A DNA stretch of 64,000 bases from Thermoanaerobaculia bacterium (GCA_963664405.1 OY761158.1:3232001-3296000), one strand, 5' to 3'; counted from the stretch's first letter, positions 18,036-31,048 are shown. Numbers and translations are program-made. Notes: generated from the sequence alone by a model not told the origin.

Positions 18036-19808
18036 CTACCTCTCGAGCTCGACTTCGCGTTCCCAGAGCACCAGATGACCTGCCACCACGGCCTCGGCGA
18101 CCTCTCGGGCGCTCATGAAGTAGTCGAAACCGACGTCCTTGATCTCATTCACCAGATTGATCGGGACCATCCCCGCGACGATCTCCACTTTGGCCGTGTA
18201 GGGCGCCTCGCCATTGAGCGCTGCGCCGTCGACGGCGTAGCTTGCCCAGACGCTGTCGAGCGGGGCGATGCCCTGCTTGTGCTTACGGGCGCCACCGGGC
18301 CGGCCGGTGAGGATGGTCGAGAAGGTCGAGGGTCGCAGGAAGGGGAGTGGGTCCGGAGAATAGTTCACGGCCAGCACCTGTTCTCGCTCACCCCCCCGCA
18401 CCATGCGAGTCAGGAAGCGGGATTGCAGGCTGAAGAGTTGCTTGTCGAGCGGCAGCTCACCGTTGTGCACATAGAGAGAGTGAGTGTCGCGGACGTCTCC
18501 GTTGGGGTCGAGATCGCCCGACTTGAACACCACCCGCCCGCTGCCGTCGCTGACTGTGACCCGTAGCCAGACCAATCGCTCCGCGTCGAAGCCGGTGGGA
18601 ACTCCATGACCGTCGGTTGCGTTTTTCACCTCGACCCGGAAGCGGATCTTCTTTGCGTCGACGCGCTCGACGACGATGTCGCCGATCTCGTACCCGGCCT
18701 GCAGGACTTTCTTTCGAGCCCGATCCGCCTCCGCGAGAAGATCGAGATTGTCGCTGATGACGTCTCTGGCATCGTAGCGGTCGTCGGCGGAGGTCCACCT
18801 TTCAGGGAACTCGAAGTCAGGAGGTAGCTCTTCCTCGAAGTCGTCGGTTCCCCAGCCGGCCTTCCAGTCGAAGCTGAGCCACTCGCGGATGCTGGCCATC
18901 TCCGTGGCTTCGGCGTTGTGGGGAAAGATGCCGGGGTGGACAACCGAGTAATCGGGGCCGATGAACATGTGGCCGGTTCGTTTGCGTGGCCGAGTCGGCG
19001 TGTCGCCGACGATCGCCGCCGGAGCCTCGAGGTAACCTGAGACTTTTCCGGGCTCGGTGCCCATGTGGCAGTCCTGGCAGGTGACGCCGTTCTTCGCGGC
19101 TGGCGAGGTCTTGAATTCGCTGAAGGCCTCTTCGAGCCTGAAGCCGTTGACCAGATTGACATCGTGACAGGTGCCGCAGAAACCGGGTGTGGTGAGCTGA
19201 AAGAACTGTTCTGCGTCGGTGTGAATCGCGCGACCGGCCTGACCGCGCTCGGTGTTCACTCGATAATCCTCGCTGGCGATCACCCGTTTGAGCTCCTCGT
19301 TTCCGGTGGGGCCGTAGACCGGGTCGAAGATGTCTCCCTCGACGATGGCGAGCCTGCCGCTGAGCTTGCCGTAGGCAGTGTCGAGACGATGACAAACGAT
19401 GCAGGTTACGCCTTCTCTGGAGGTGGGGTGGCGGTCCATGTTGCTCATGAACTCGGGCTCGCCCAGGTTCATGCCCACCGGCGTATGACAGCGGATGCAG
19501 AAGTCGCCGTTGGTGCCGTTGGTGATCTTGAGCACCGTGCCGTGAAAGGCATTGAAGATGGGGCTCATCTGAGCGTAGGCGTGGGGCGACACCGACCATT
19601 CCCTGTAATGGTCGGGATGGCAGGTGGCGCAGGCTAATGCCGAAGGAAAGCGGTCCTCGAGGAAAACCTGCTCATGCTCTCGATCCGCGAGCTCGGCGCC
19701 TGGGTCTCTCTGCTCCTGCGCAGACGCCGATGAGACCAGCAGCAGAAGCGAGGCAAGCGTCGGCCACAGAAGTGAAGAAGGACGAAAAAATCCCTGCCGA
19801 GTCCCCAT
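18036..19808 (-). CDS. Exported penta-heme cytochrome c (c554-like N-terminus, heme-free C-terminal domain)
   Basis: Signal peptide ending SASA-Q; CATCH, CIRCH, CIVCH, CGTCH, CQDCH; GHGVPTG...RLVWLRV motif; GGAGG RBS upstream. Confidence 0.9.
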   Translation of the reverse strand: MGTRQGFFRPSSLLWPTLASLLLLVSSASAQEQRDPGAELADREHEQVFLEDRFPSALACATCHPDHYREWSVSPHAYAQMSPIFNAFHGTVLKITNGTNGDFCIRCHTPVGMNLGEPEFMSNMDRHPTSREGVTCIVCHRLDTAYGKLSGRLAIVEGDIFDPVYGPTGNEELKRVIASEDYRVNTERGQAGRAIHTDAEQFFQLTTPGFCGTCHDVNLVNGFRLEEAFSEFKTSPAAKNGVTCQDCHMGTEPGKVSGYLEAPAAIVGDTPTRPRKRTGHMFIGPDYSVVHPGIFPHNAEATEMASIREWLSFDWKAGWGTDDFEEELPPDFEFPERWTSADDRYDARDVISDNLDLLAEADRARKKVLQAGYEIGDIVVERVDAKKIRFRVEVKNATDGHGVPTGFDAERLVWLRVTVSDGSGRVVFKSGDLDPNGDVRDTHSLYVHNGELPLDKQLFSLQSRFLTRMVRGGEREQVLAVNYSPDPLPFLRPSTFSTILTGRPGGARKHKQGIAPLDSVWASYAVDGAALNGEAPYTAKVEIVAGMVPINLVNEIKDVGFDYFMSAREVAEAVVAGHLVLWEREVELER

Positions 19809-19930
19809 TCAAGTCACCTCCACGGGGTTTGTGACGCCTAGCAGGATCGCTACCGAGGGTAGCAGAGCCGCGAGTAGCGCTTCAAGACTCACCAGCCCGA
19901 ACGCGCCATCCTCGGCGCCAGACAGCAACA

Positions 19931-22291
<2,361 letters not shown>

Positions 22292-22417
22292 GTCGCGACG
22301 CTCCTCTTCTTTCACAATTATGGGCGATCAGGGGCTTCAGCTCAATCGCGGACTCTCTCTTTTATCACGCGGCAGGGAGCTTCGCGACTGACCGCGCGCA
22401 TACCGAGCCAGTCCCCG

Positions 22418-23278
22418 TCAGGGGGCGAAGCTGGAGCGCGCGCGGATGCCCCAGTGGCCGTCTTGGTTGGTGACCAGATAGAGGGTGTGGAAAGTCGAGA
22501 TCTTGTTGTTCTGGGCGTCGTAGCGGCTGAAGGTGAGGGCGACGTTGACACCCTGGGTGCCGACCTGAACCGCTTTGATGGAGTCCCAGGCGCAGTGGTG
22601 CCAGCCGAAGCGGGCGGCGAAGTCGTCGAAGTCGAATGCGTCGGTGTATTCCTTGGCGGTCTTCGACACGGTCACCGTGCCACTGGCGACGCGGATGTGA
22701 GGGTAATTGAGGGTGGCCGCCCAGGCGTCTTCATCGCGGCTGTTGAAGGTGGTCATGAAATCCTTGACGACGCCTATCGCAGCTTCCTCCGCTTCTTTGC
22801 GCTCCGCTTCCGAGCTCAGCTCGAAGCCGGCCGGAAAACGCGCCTGAATCCCGATACTCCCGTCACCTTCTTCGGTGAGCACATAGGAGACCTGGTTGCT
22901 GAAGATCTGGGAGCCGTCTTTGCGATAGCGGGTGTACTTGCCGGCTACGTGCGCCTTTGTCTCGCCGAGATGGAACACTTCTCTGGTGCCCGGACGAGTG
23001 TGATCCCATCCGGTCGCGATCACCCTCTTGTAGTCGATGGTGGCGGCGTACTCTTGCGGCGTCGAGAAGACTCTTTGTTCCCCGCCGCCACCGGAAGGCC
23101 GCACATGCGGGTAGTGGAGGGGAGCGGCAAAGGCTTCGGGACTTCGACTGCTGAAGGCGGCGTGGAAATTGTCGTAGGTCTCGATCGCCTGGCGACGAGT
23201 GAGGCCCGCCGAAGTGCCGGGCAGCGCGAGGGCCGCGGCCGCGATGACTATGGCTAGGTGTGCTTGAAGGGTGTGCAT
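22418..23278 (-). CDS. Exported protein with two tandem SnoaL/NTF2-like domains
   Basis: Signal peptide; internal repeat F..AF.SR...FAA.LHYPHVR / F..TFNSRD...WAA.LNYPHIR; GWDH/GWHH; RY...G..I...Y.....G..GI.AR. Confidence 0.65.
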   Translation of the reverse strand: MHTLQAHLAIVIAAAALALPGTSAGLTRRQAIETYDNFHAAFSSRSPEAFAAPLHYPHVRPSGGGGEQRVFSTPQEYAATIDYKRVIATGWDHTRPGTREVFHLGETKAHVAGKYTRYRKDGSQIFSNQVSYVLTEEGDGSIGIQARFPAGFELSSEAERKEAEEAAIGVVKDFMTTFNSRDEDAWAATLNYPHIRVASGTVTVSKTAKEYTDAFDFDDFAARFGWHHCAWDSIKAVQVGTQGVNVALTFSRYDAQNNKISTFHTLYLVTNQDGHWGIRARSSFAP

Positions 23279-23286
23279 GAGTTCCG

Positions 23287-24072
23287 CTAGCTCGCTTTCA
23301 GGGGTTGCAGACGGGTGGGCCAGTCGAGGTCGACCACAGGCAAGATCAGATGGCCTCCGTCTTCGATGATGTCGACGTGCGAGTTTGCTAGAAGCCGGTC
23401 CATGCTTCGAGCTTGGTTCACCGAGTTGACAATGCGGTCTCGAGCGCCGGCGAAGAGCAGCACCGGCTGGCGGACGTTAGGCAGCTCTTCGCGTAGGTCG
23501 AGACCTTGGATCATGCGTAAGCGCACTCGGTATCCTTCGCCGAGACTCCAATTCTTACCGGTGCCTTTGAAGGTGGCGATTGCCTCCGGGTTCGCGCGCG
23601 AGCCGAAAAGGAAGAAGGGAGCGATCGTGCGCCTACCGACCTTGAGCATCCATGCGGGTGTGAATCGGGCCGAAGCTCGACTGAGGGCCAGCTGAAAACG
23701 CCTCCCAAAATACGGAAAACTGTTGACCAGTGCGAGACTTTGGATTCGATCCGGGAAGTCCAGGGCGGCGCGGACTGCAACAGCGCCCCCAAAAGACTCG
23801 GCGAGTAGAGACATTCGGTCGATGCCGCGAAGAGAGACTGTTTCGATCAGACTTCCCGCCAAATGCGAATAGGTATGGTGCTGGGAAGAAACGCCGAGGC
23901 TGTAGCGAACGCGAATCAGGCGGAAGCTCTCCTCCAGCTGACCCGCAGTGTTCTGCAGTAGCTGGCCGGAGCCGTCGATGCCCGGCACGTAGATCAGCGG
24001 TGGTCCGTTGCCGCGATCGGAAATGACTTCTGTAAACATGCCCGGGGAGCTGGCTCGAGGGGGAGAAGCCAT
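23287..24072 (-). CDS. Alpha/beta fold hydrolase
   Basis: YVPGIDG oxyanion loop, AESFGG nucleophile, GARD acid, GGH histidine. Confidence 0.85.
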   Translation of the reverse strand: MASPPRASSPGMFTEVISDRGNGPPLIYVPGIDGSGQLLQNTAGQLEESFRLIRVRYSLGVSSQHHTYSHLAGSLIETVSLRGIDRMSLLAESFGGAVAVRAALDFPDRIQSLALVNSFPYFGRRFQLALSRASARFTPAWMLKVGRRTIAPFFLFGSRANPEAIATFKGTGKNWSLGEGYRVRLRMIQGLDLREELPNVRQPVLLFAGARDRIVNSVNQARSMDRLLANSHVDIIEDGGHLILPVVDLDWPTRLQPLKAS

Positions 24073-24187
24073 GCTACCGAAAAATGACTGCGACGGCTCA
24101 AATTAGATGAGGGTCGTTGTCGCTTCTCGCTTTTTGGGTTTGGTGGCTCGTGAGAGAGAATGGTAGTCGGGGTTTCGGGGAACAACT

Positions 24188-25528
24188 ATGAGCAGGGGAG
24201 GCGTGTCCACCGTCAGCCGTCGCCTGTTCGCGCTTGTAGCCGGCGCCGCTTTGGTGGCATCGGTGGGGTGCGGGCGTCCCCCAGAGCGTAAGCCGGATGT
24301 GGTGGTCATCACCATCGACACTCTGCGCCCGGATCACCTCGGCTTTCTCGGCTACCCCAGAGACACAGCCCCCTTCCTCACCGAGCTGGCCGAGCGTTCG
24401 GTGTTTTTTCGCCGGGCGTTTTCCACTTCGACCTGGACCCCACCGGCGACAGTGTCTCTGTTTACCTCACTCTACCCGGCGCAGCACGGGGTGTTGCGGG
24501 GCTTCTTCGTGGCCCAGCGCAGAGGCGAGCCTGAGCAGGCGACTCTGCGACTACGCCGAATTCCCGCGCTTGTGAAGACGCTCCCCGAGGTTTTTAGAGA
24601 GCGCGGCTACAGCACCTTCGGCATCGCGGCCAATGTCAATATTGGTCCGGAGATCGGCTTCGATCGCGGTTTCGACCACTTCGCTCGTCTCCATGAGCTG
24701 AAGCGTCGTAGCGCGGCCAGTGGCGAAGAGGTAGCGGCCAAGCTCTTGGAGTGGGAGCCCCTCCTCCGAGAAGAAGGCCCCAACTTCGTCTATCTTCACT
24801 TCAACGACCCGCATCAGCCCTACCAGAGGCGCGAGCCCTGGTATTCAGTCGATGACCCTGCGACCGATTTGGGCCGCCTCGAGGCGGCGTACGACAGCGA
24901 GATCTCCTACCTCGATCGTGCCTTGGGAGAGCTGCTCCCTCACTTCGGTTGGGATCGCGACGCGATTCTGGCGGTGGTCTCCGATCATGGCGAGGAGTTT
25001 CGGGAGCACGGCAGGGTCGGCCACGACCCTTCTCTTTACGGCGAGCTCCTTCGCGTCTTGATGATGATCCGCTACTCCGGCGTAGAGGCGAAGTCGGTCG
25101 ACGTCAATGTGAGCTTGATCGACGTTCTGCCGACGCTCGCGGACCTCGCCGATTTCGAGTCCCTGCCCTCCTGGCAGGGTCATTCGCTTGCCGGGCTGAT
25201 GCGCAGGGATGATGGGAGAGTTGCTCAAGAGCTCGAAGCCAGATCTATTTACGCGCAGCGCGGGCGCAACAGGAACGAACGTTGGGCGGTCATGCTGGGC
25301 GACTGGAAGCTCATCCAGCGGCGCCGTCGTCAGCAGCTCTTCCATCTGGCGCGGGACCCGCTCGACCAAGACGACCTCGCCGGCGAAGAGAGCGAGGTGC
25401 GAACCAGCCTGGCGGACCTGATGACCCGTTTTCGGGCGAAAATTGCCCCCTCCTCCGATCTGGAGACCGAGGTGACACTCGCGCCCGAAGAAATCGATGA
25501 GCTTCGCAGACTCGGCTATGTCGACTAA
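24188..25528 (+). CDS. Sulfatase-like hydrolase/transferase (alkaline phosphatase superfamily), probable lipoprotein
   Basis: VVVITIDTLRPDHL, WT.P...SLFT.LYP..HG, DPH.PY, YDSEI.YLD, SDHGEEF.EHG, LRRLGY; VGC lipobox-like site. Confidence 0.85.
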   Translation: MSRGGVSTVSRRLFALVAGAALVASVGCGRPPERKPDVVVITIDTLRPDHLGFLGYPRDTAPFLTELAERSVFFRRAFSTSTWTPPATVSLFTSLYPAQHGVLRGFFVAQRRGEPEQATLRLRRIPALVKTLPEVFRERGYSTFGIAANVNIGPEIGFDRGFDHFARLHELKRRSAASGEEVAAKLLEWEPLLREEGPNFVYLHFNDPHQPYQRREPWYSVDDPATDLGRLEAAYDSEISYLDRALGELLPHFGWDRDAILAVVSDHGEEFREHGRVGHDPSLYGELLRVLMMIRYSGVEAKSVDVNVSLIDVLPTLADLADFESLPSWQGHSLAGLMRRDDGRVAQELEARSIYAQRGRNRNERWAVMLGDWKLIQRRRRQQLFHLARDPLDQDDLAGEESEVRTSLADLMTRFRAKIAPSSDLETEVTLAPEEIDELRRLGYVD

Positions 25529-25762
25529 AAACTAGTCCGGCGCGGGCCCGAGCTCAAGCAGTTCTCCATGATCTGGACGGTCGTGGGCTCCGCCAGTGAT
25601 CTCGATCCTCGCTACTCTACTCGCCGTGCCAGATCCCCTGGTCAGAAGGAGGTAGGATTGCCTAGATGACCAAGGGGCGGTCCGCTGTTCACTCCCCGGG
25701 CGTCCAGCCCGGGTTGACTCCATGATGTTTCCAGCCTGTGCATCCCCGACAGCGGTTCGAGC

Positions 25763-27987
25763 ATGGCGGTCTTTCGGAGACTCTGTCGAGTGCTTCTTGC
25801 AAACGGCACTCGAAGGGTTGCCGGGGAGACTGGAGCCGAGTCCTTGTCAACCGGGCCGGTGAAGAGCCGATCGCGCGTTCGAGCCGCAGTTGCCACCCTC
25901 GGGTCGCTACGGTCACTCGCTTCCGGCCTCCGAGAGGAGGGGCCGCTTCTAGTCTCGAAGAAGACGCTGAAGAGGGTGGTGGCAATTCTGCTTACGTTCA
26001 GCTTTGTCGCGAGCCTCCGCTTCTACAGACTCGATGAGCTGCAGGGGGAGTGGTACGGCGACATATCTACTCTCTACGAGTACGTCCAAGCCGTCCGCGA
26101 TCACAACTTTCCTCCCGATCTGTATAACCTGGGCGTCGGGCCACTCTACCCTCTGGTGCTCTCACCGATCCTCGCCGTACTCGGCGAGACCTACCTGGGC
26201 ATCAAGTGTGCGGCCGCGCTGTTCAGCCTTTTCGGGCTCTTCGTCCTGTTCCTGCTCTGCCGCCGACTGCAAGGGACGGGCTTCGCCTTGGTCGCGACTA
26301 TGGTCGCCGGCACGGGCTCCTGGCTATTGGTGTTTAGCCGGCTGGGCGACATCCAGGCTCTCGTGTTGCTGTTCACGGTCGGACCCCTCGCACTCGCAGC
26401 GCACGTCATCGAGACGCGACCCGTCCATGGTGCGACCGCCACGCTTTGCGGCTTCATGACGGGGTCCTCCCTGTACCTTTACGGAGCCGCCTTTGCTGTC
26501 CCGGCACTGATCACCCTGGTAATGGTGGCCTTCCACTTCTTCACGCCCGAGCCCCGCAGGTATGAACGCAGACATCTGTGGCTCTACTTCGTCGCGCTGA
26601 CACTCGCCGTGCTTCCGATGGCGCTGAGCTACCTTCGTAGTCCAGAAGCCGTCGCCCAAGGCCACTTCGCGACTCGCCTCGTACGCGGTCGTGGCGCTGT
26701 TTCGACGGTGGCAGGCAATTTTGCCGAGGCACTCCTCGCCTACGTCACCGTAGGAGACGTCAACTCCAGAGCGAATCCTCCTCTCTTGCCGCACATCGAC
26801 CGCCTCAGCCTGCTGATGGTCGTCCTGGGGTGTGTCTTTTGGTTGGGGCGCAGCCGGAGGCGATGGGGTTTTGTTCTCATGGGCGGCTTCCTTCTCATGC
26901 ACGCGCCTTCCATACTCGCCGAATCGGCGGGAGCCAACGCCGGGCGAACGATCGCCGCTGCGCCCTTCGCCTACATCCTGGCAGCGGAGGGCTCTGGGGC
27001 TTCGCAGCTGTTATTCAGCGCCTATTGGGAAGTCCAGCGCGCGCGGCGGCGCTGGCGCTGCTCCTGATCGGAGTCACGCTCGTCAACATGGACAGATACT
27101 TCGACCGCTACATCGGCGCGCTCCCGTACGAGAACACTCACATCGCGCGATCAATTACGACCTATGTCGGCCTGCTCCCGGCGCACACCAGCGTGTATCT
27201 GGTCGGATCAACCTGGTCACCTGGCGGTATGCCTGAGCCGAAAAGCATTCGCTACGCGATGCGAGATCCGACCTACTTCTTCGAGGAGCCCGCCGAGCGT
27301 TTGGACTGTAACCGCTTACGCCAGCTTCGGCGGCCCGCGGTGCTGATCTGGCGCTATCAGTCCGAGTTACCGAGCCCCAGCGTCAGCGACTGCGGCAGAT
27401 ACATCCCCGCCCAGATTTTTAGCAGCGACAAGAATCTACCCATGTTCTACGCTGCGCCTGTGCTCAGCGAGCCCGTAGCCGGGGAGATGGTCCCTCCCCG
27501 CGTAGAGCCCACGATTCCCCCGGGAAGTCCGAACCGCTCTGAACCGACGTCGCCGGCAGATTACAGCTGGCAAACCGCTCGTGTGAGCCTGAACGGCCAG
27601 GAGGTGGAAATGCTTTACCTCCCGATCGACCAAGGGCAGCCCGATGACGCGCTGGACGGCGACGGGGCAACCCTGATGCGCGGCGCCAGGGACAACCCCT
27701 ACATTCTGGAGCTGCACTTCCCTCAGCCGACGCCGGTCGTCTCTTTCAGCCTGGATCTCGGTTTCATGCAGGAGTACTCGGTCGAAGTCTCGGTTCGGGA
27801 CCGCGACGGCAAGGTTGTCACGGTGTCGATGCGCGAGAGGCCGAACCCAGGCACTTTCCCGCGGGCTGAGTTGATCCTGCCAGCTGGGCCGCTGTCTATA
27901 AAAGTCGCTCGCATAGCGATCACGGACTTCCGTGAGCGGCCGAGGGAAGGATGGCACGTTCACGTGTACGAGTTGCGAATACGCTAG
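25763..27987 (+). CDS. GT-C (ArnT/PMT-like, family 39) membrane glycosyltransferase with a C-terminal discoidin-like beta-sandwich; frameshift near 26985
   Basis: LRFYRL.....WYGD loop, many TM helices (ORF 25763-27067) continuing as GGLWGFAA... in ORF 26830-27987; ends LDGD..T...NP..LEL.FP.P...VHVYEL. Confidence 0.7.
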
Positions 27988-28064
27988 TAACAGTGCCGCT
28001 CGACTCGGAGCTCGAGGAGCTCGGCACCCTCGGCGGTGTCGACTGAAAATAGCTCCGCCGTATT

Positions 28065-28670
28065 CTACGGAGAGGCCGCGGAGTAGAGCTCCACCTCGTT
28101 GAGGTGCACGTAGTCGTCGCGTTTGAGTCGAAGAACCTCCAGCCGGACTATGCTCGTGGTCACGGCTTCGGGCAGGTCGAGCTGCGACCACGCCCGCTCC
28201 GGCACGCCGCGTAGCATGTAGCGAGGGCCACCCGGTAGGGCCTCGACCAGCCAGTCATAGGGAGACCCGACAGGATAGACTCGCACCGCTGCCAGCGAGA
28301 TCTCCTCTGCAAGGTCGATGGTGATCACGAGGGGATTGATGACGTTGCTCTTGATCAGCGATTCGACGTTGCCGTCGACGATCAATCGGACGGCCGGAAT
28401 CACGCTAGGGTCGTTGGGCTCGATGCGCACGTTCCCGGCGGCAAGGCCTTCGCCGAGATCCATCATCCGAAGATCGGTCAGATCGGCCGTTCCCGCCTCT
28501 ACCACGGTAGCGGACTCCAGCTTGGGTCGTGATAGAGGTTGAGCCGGTGCGCCCGCCGCGGCTGGAGAGTTGCCCCTTGCGCCGCCCGTTTCTTCCGGCT
28601 CGAGACACCCAATCGTAGCGACCGCAAGCGTGACTAGAAAAACGATCCTTGCAACGGGAACATAGCGCAT
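28065..28670 (-). CDS. Lipoprotein consisting of a discoidin/F5-8 type C-like domain
   Basis: Lipobox ATIGC; VDGNVESLIKSNVINPLVITI...WSQLDLPEAVTTSIVRLEVLRLKRDDYVHLNEVELY is homologous to the C-terminus of 39677-42289. Confidence 0.7.
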   Translation of the reverse strand: MRYVPVARIVFLVTLAVATIGCLEPEETGGARGNSPAAAGAPAQPLSRPKLESATVVEAGTADLTDLRMMDLGEGLAAGNVRIEPNDPSVIPAVRLIVDGNVESLIKSNVINPLVITIDLAEEISLAAVRVYPVGSPYDWLVEALPGGPRYMLRGVPERAWSQLDLPEAVTTSIVRLEVLRLKRDDYVHLNEVELYSAASP

Positions 28671-28871
28671 GCTGCACTCCTATCTCCGAGAAAGCCACCT
28701 ACTCTTGGTGCTCCCTCGCCAATTCGTGGATCGAGTCGTATCATGGCACGTCTGAAGGGGATCTTACCGGCTCCCGGATGCTACTCGACTCGGGAACAGT
28801 AGGTCCTCCGCTGCCTCGGCGAGTGGCGGTCTACCGAAAGAGATTGATCAACCAAGAGGTAGTCACGCTGA

Positions 28872-30048
28872 ATGTCAGACGAAGGGATCAAATCCGGCAA
28901 GCTCAAGATTCTCATTTGTCTGCTGTATTATGTGCCGCACCGAACTGGATTGACGCTTCACGTGCAGCGTGTCGCCGAAGAGCTCGGTGCGGCGCGGGCA
29001 CGACGTTACGGTCCTGACAGCTCGTTACAGTAGCGCGCTTCCGCGTGATCAAACGGTTCACAATGGTGTTCGTATCGTCCGGCTGTGGGCGCCGATACGA
29101 GTGAGTCGCGGGATGGTGATGCCTGCTTATCCCTGGGCGGCATTTCGATTACTCTTGCAACACGACGTCGTTAGCATTCACACACCGATGATGGAGACAG
29201 CCCTTTTGAGCGTGCTTGCGTCAATAACCGGACGCAAGGTTGTTGCCACCCATCACGGGGACTTGCTTTTGCCGAAGAGGGCTCTCAATGGTCTGATAAT
29301 GAACGTAATGTTCAGTATGTTTAGATTCATGGCGAAACGAGCGGGGCGACTGATCGCCTACAGTCACGATTACGCGGACCACTCGTACTACCTGCGCCCG
29401 GTTCGTGACAAGGTGTCGGTCATCTATCCTCCCATTGAGATTCCGTTACCGAAGGCAGAGAGGGTAGCCCAATTACGTGCGCAATGGTCACACCACGGCG
29501 GGCCGGTAATTGGTTACGCCGGGCGCTTTGTCGAGGAAAAACGCCCTGACCTCGCCATAAAGGCGCTGGGAGTCGTCAGTGGAATATATCCGAATGCGCG
29601 ATTGATCTTTGCGGGTGAGTACGACCTCGAATATGAGGACACTTGGCAGCGCCATAGTGATCTCGTGGAGGCGTATAAGGAGCGCCTTCTCTTTCTCGGC
29701 CTGATTAGCGATATGCAGGAGTTGGCGGATTTTTACGCAGCCTGCGATGTGCTGGTGTTGTCAAGCGATTCGGAGTGCTTCGCACTCGTGCAGGTCGAGG
29801 CGATGCTTTGTGGCACACCGTTAGTGATGACCGATATACCGGGCGGGCGTGTACCTGTCACGGTAACGGGGATGGGCCGGCTGGCAGAGTCTGGCAACTG
29901 GCGGTCCATTGGCGAGGCGCTGGTCGAGGTGCTCAGCAATCCGGAGAAGTATCATCGTCCACGGGAGTACGTTGAAGAGTGTTTCTCACTTCGAGAGACC
30001 GTAGACCGTTATGAGAAGCACCTTAGAAATCATACAAGGGCCTCATGA
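28872..30048 (+). CDS. Glycosyltransferase family 4; +1 frameshift near 28986
   Basis: MSDEG...KILICLLYYVPHRTGLTLHVQRVAEEL joins VRRGHDVTVLT after removing one G; GRFVEEKR, ECFALVQVEAMLCGTP (E-x7-E). Confidence 0.88.
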
Positions 30049-30896
30049 TGGTTGACTCGCAGATGCTGGATTACATGACGCGCAACGAGGCGGATATGGC
30101 CTTCAAGCGCCGTGTACACACGATTTTTGAGTGGATCAAGCCGACCGAAGATAAGCGCATTCTTGACTGCGCCTGCGGGCGGGGCTTTTATCTGAATATG
30201 TTTCGCTATGTCAGCGATTGCGCGTTGGTCGGCCTCGAACTGGAATGGGATGTAATAAATATGGCGCGGCGCAGTGTCGGCAATTTGTCAGATCTCATGC
30301 TGACTAATGCCAGTATCGATCACCTACCGTATGCCGATGACAGCTTTGATGGTGTGATTCTTTCAGAGATTCTTGAACACATCGAGGACGATGTGGGTGG
30401 TCTCCGCGAGGTTTACCGCGTACTGAAGCGCGGCGGCACCGTCGCCATAACAGTGCCGAATGCCAACTACCCTTTCTGGTGGGACCCGCTCAATAGGACA
30501 CTGGAGACTATACTCGGGACGCATATTCACGCGGGGCCACTGGCCGGAATATGGGCCAATCACGTGCGTCTCTACGACTCGGAACAGCTGCATGATGCCG
30601 TTCGTTCGGCGGGCTTTTATGTCGAAGAGGAGCGTTCTTTCACCCATTATTGCTTCCCTTTCATTCATAATTTTGTCTATGGTCTCGGAAAACCCCTCTT
30701 AGAGTCCGGCTGGCTGCCGGAAGCGATGGCGGACGCCGTAGACCGCACAGCATTCAACAAGAGCAATGGGAGCGTGTTGAACCCGATGAATGTCGGTCTC
30801 AAGGTGTTGAACTTCTTTGATCGCAAGAATGTCATGAGCGAGCCCGCGGGGCTTTCAACGGTGAATTTGTGCGTCAAGGCGCGGAAGGCTGAGTAG
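30045..30896 (+). CDS. Class I SAM-dependent methyltransferase
   Basis: ILDCACGRG, LPYADDSFD, EILEHI, RVLK.GG...ITVP, HVRLY; ATGA overlap with GT4. Confidence 0.88.
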   Translation: MMVDSQMLDYMTRNEADMAFKRRVHTIFEWIKPTEDKRILDCACGRGFYLNMFRYVSDCALVGLELEWDVINMARRSVGNLSDLMLTNASIDHLPYADDSFDGVILSEILEHIEDDVGGLREVYRVLKRGGTVAITVPNANYPFWWDPLNRTLETILGTHIHAGPLAGIWANHVRLYDSEQLHDAVRSAGFYVEEERSFTHYCFPFIHNFVYGLGKPLLESGWLPEAMADAVDRTAFNKSNGSVLNPMNVGLKVLNFFDRKNVMSEPAGLSTVNLCVKARKAE

Positions 30897-31048
30897 CCGC
30901 CGTGAGGGACTTTTGGCCCGCTGCATGAGAACTTTGACGAGGAAGGCGCTGGGATCTCGTAGCGGGCGCCAGTCGGTGCATGCGGGGGCGTTCATCTTCG
31001 TCTCCTCGACGAGGATGGGTTAGGTTGTCTACGGAGCCGCTTCCGACA

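Noticed and set aside
10334-19808. Assignment to MtrCAB, NrfA, HAO or octaheme tetrathionate reductase
   Set aside because: No CxxCK motif; heme spacing and partner genes do not match those systems as far as can be judged by eye
19809-19928. 39-codon hydrophobic minus-strand ORF (TTG start) ending directly before the penta-heme gene
   Set aside because: No RBS or recognisable homology; more likely promoter/leader DNA
25532-25723. Small ORF with VARIEIT...ELLEL, weakly like the discoidin-domain tail
   Set aside because: Similarity too short to support a gene or remnant call
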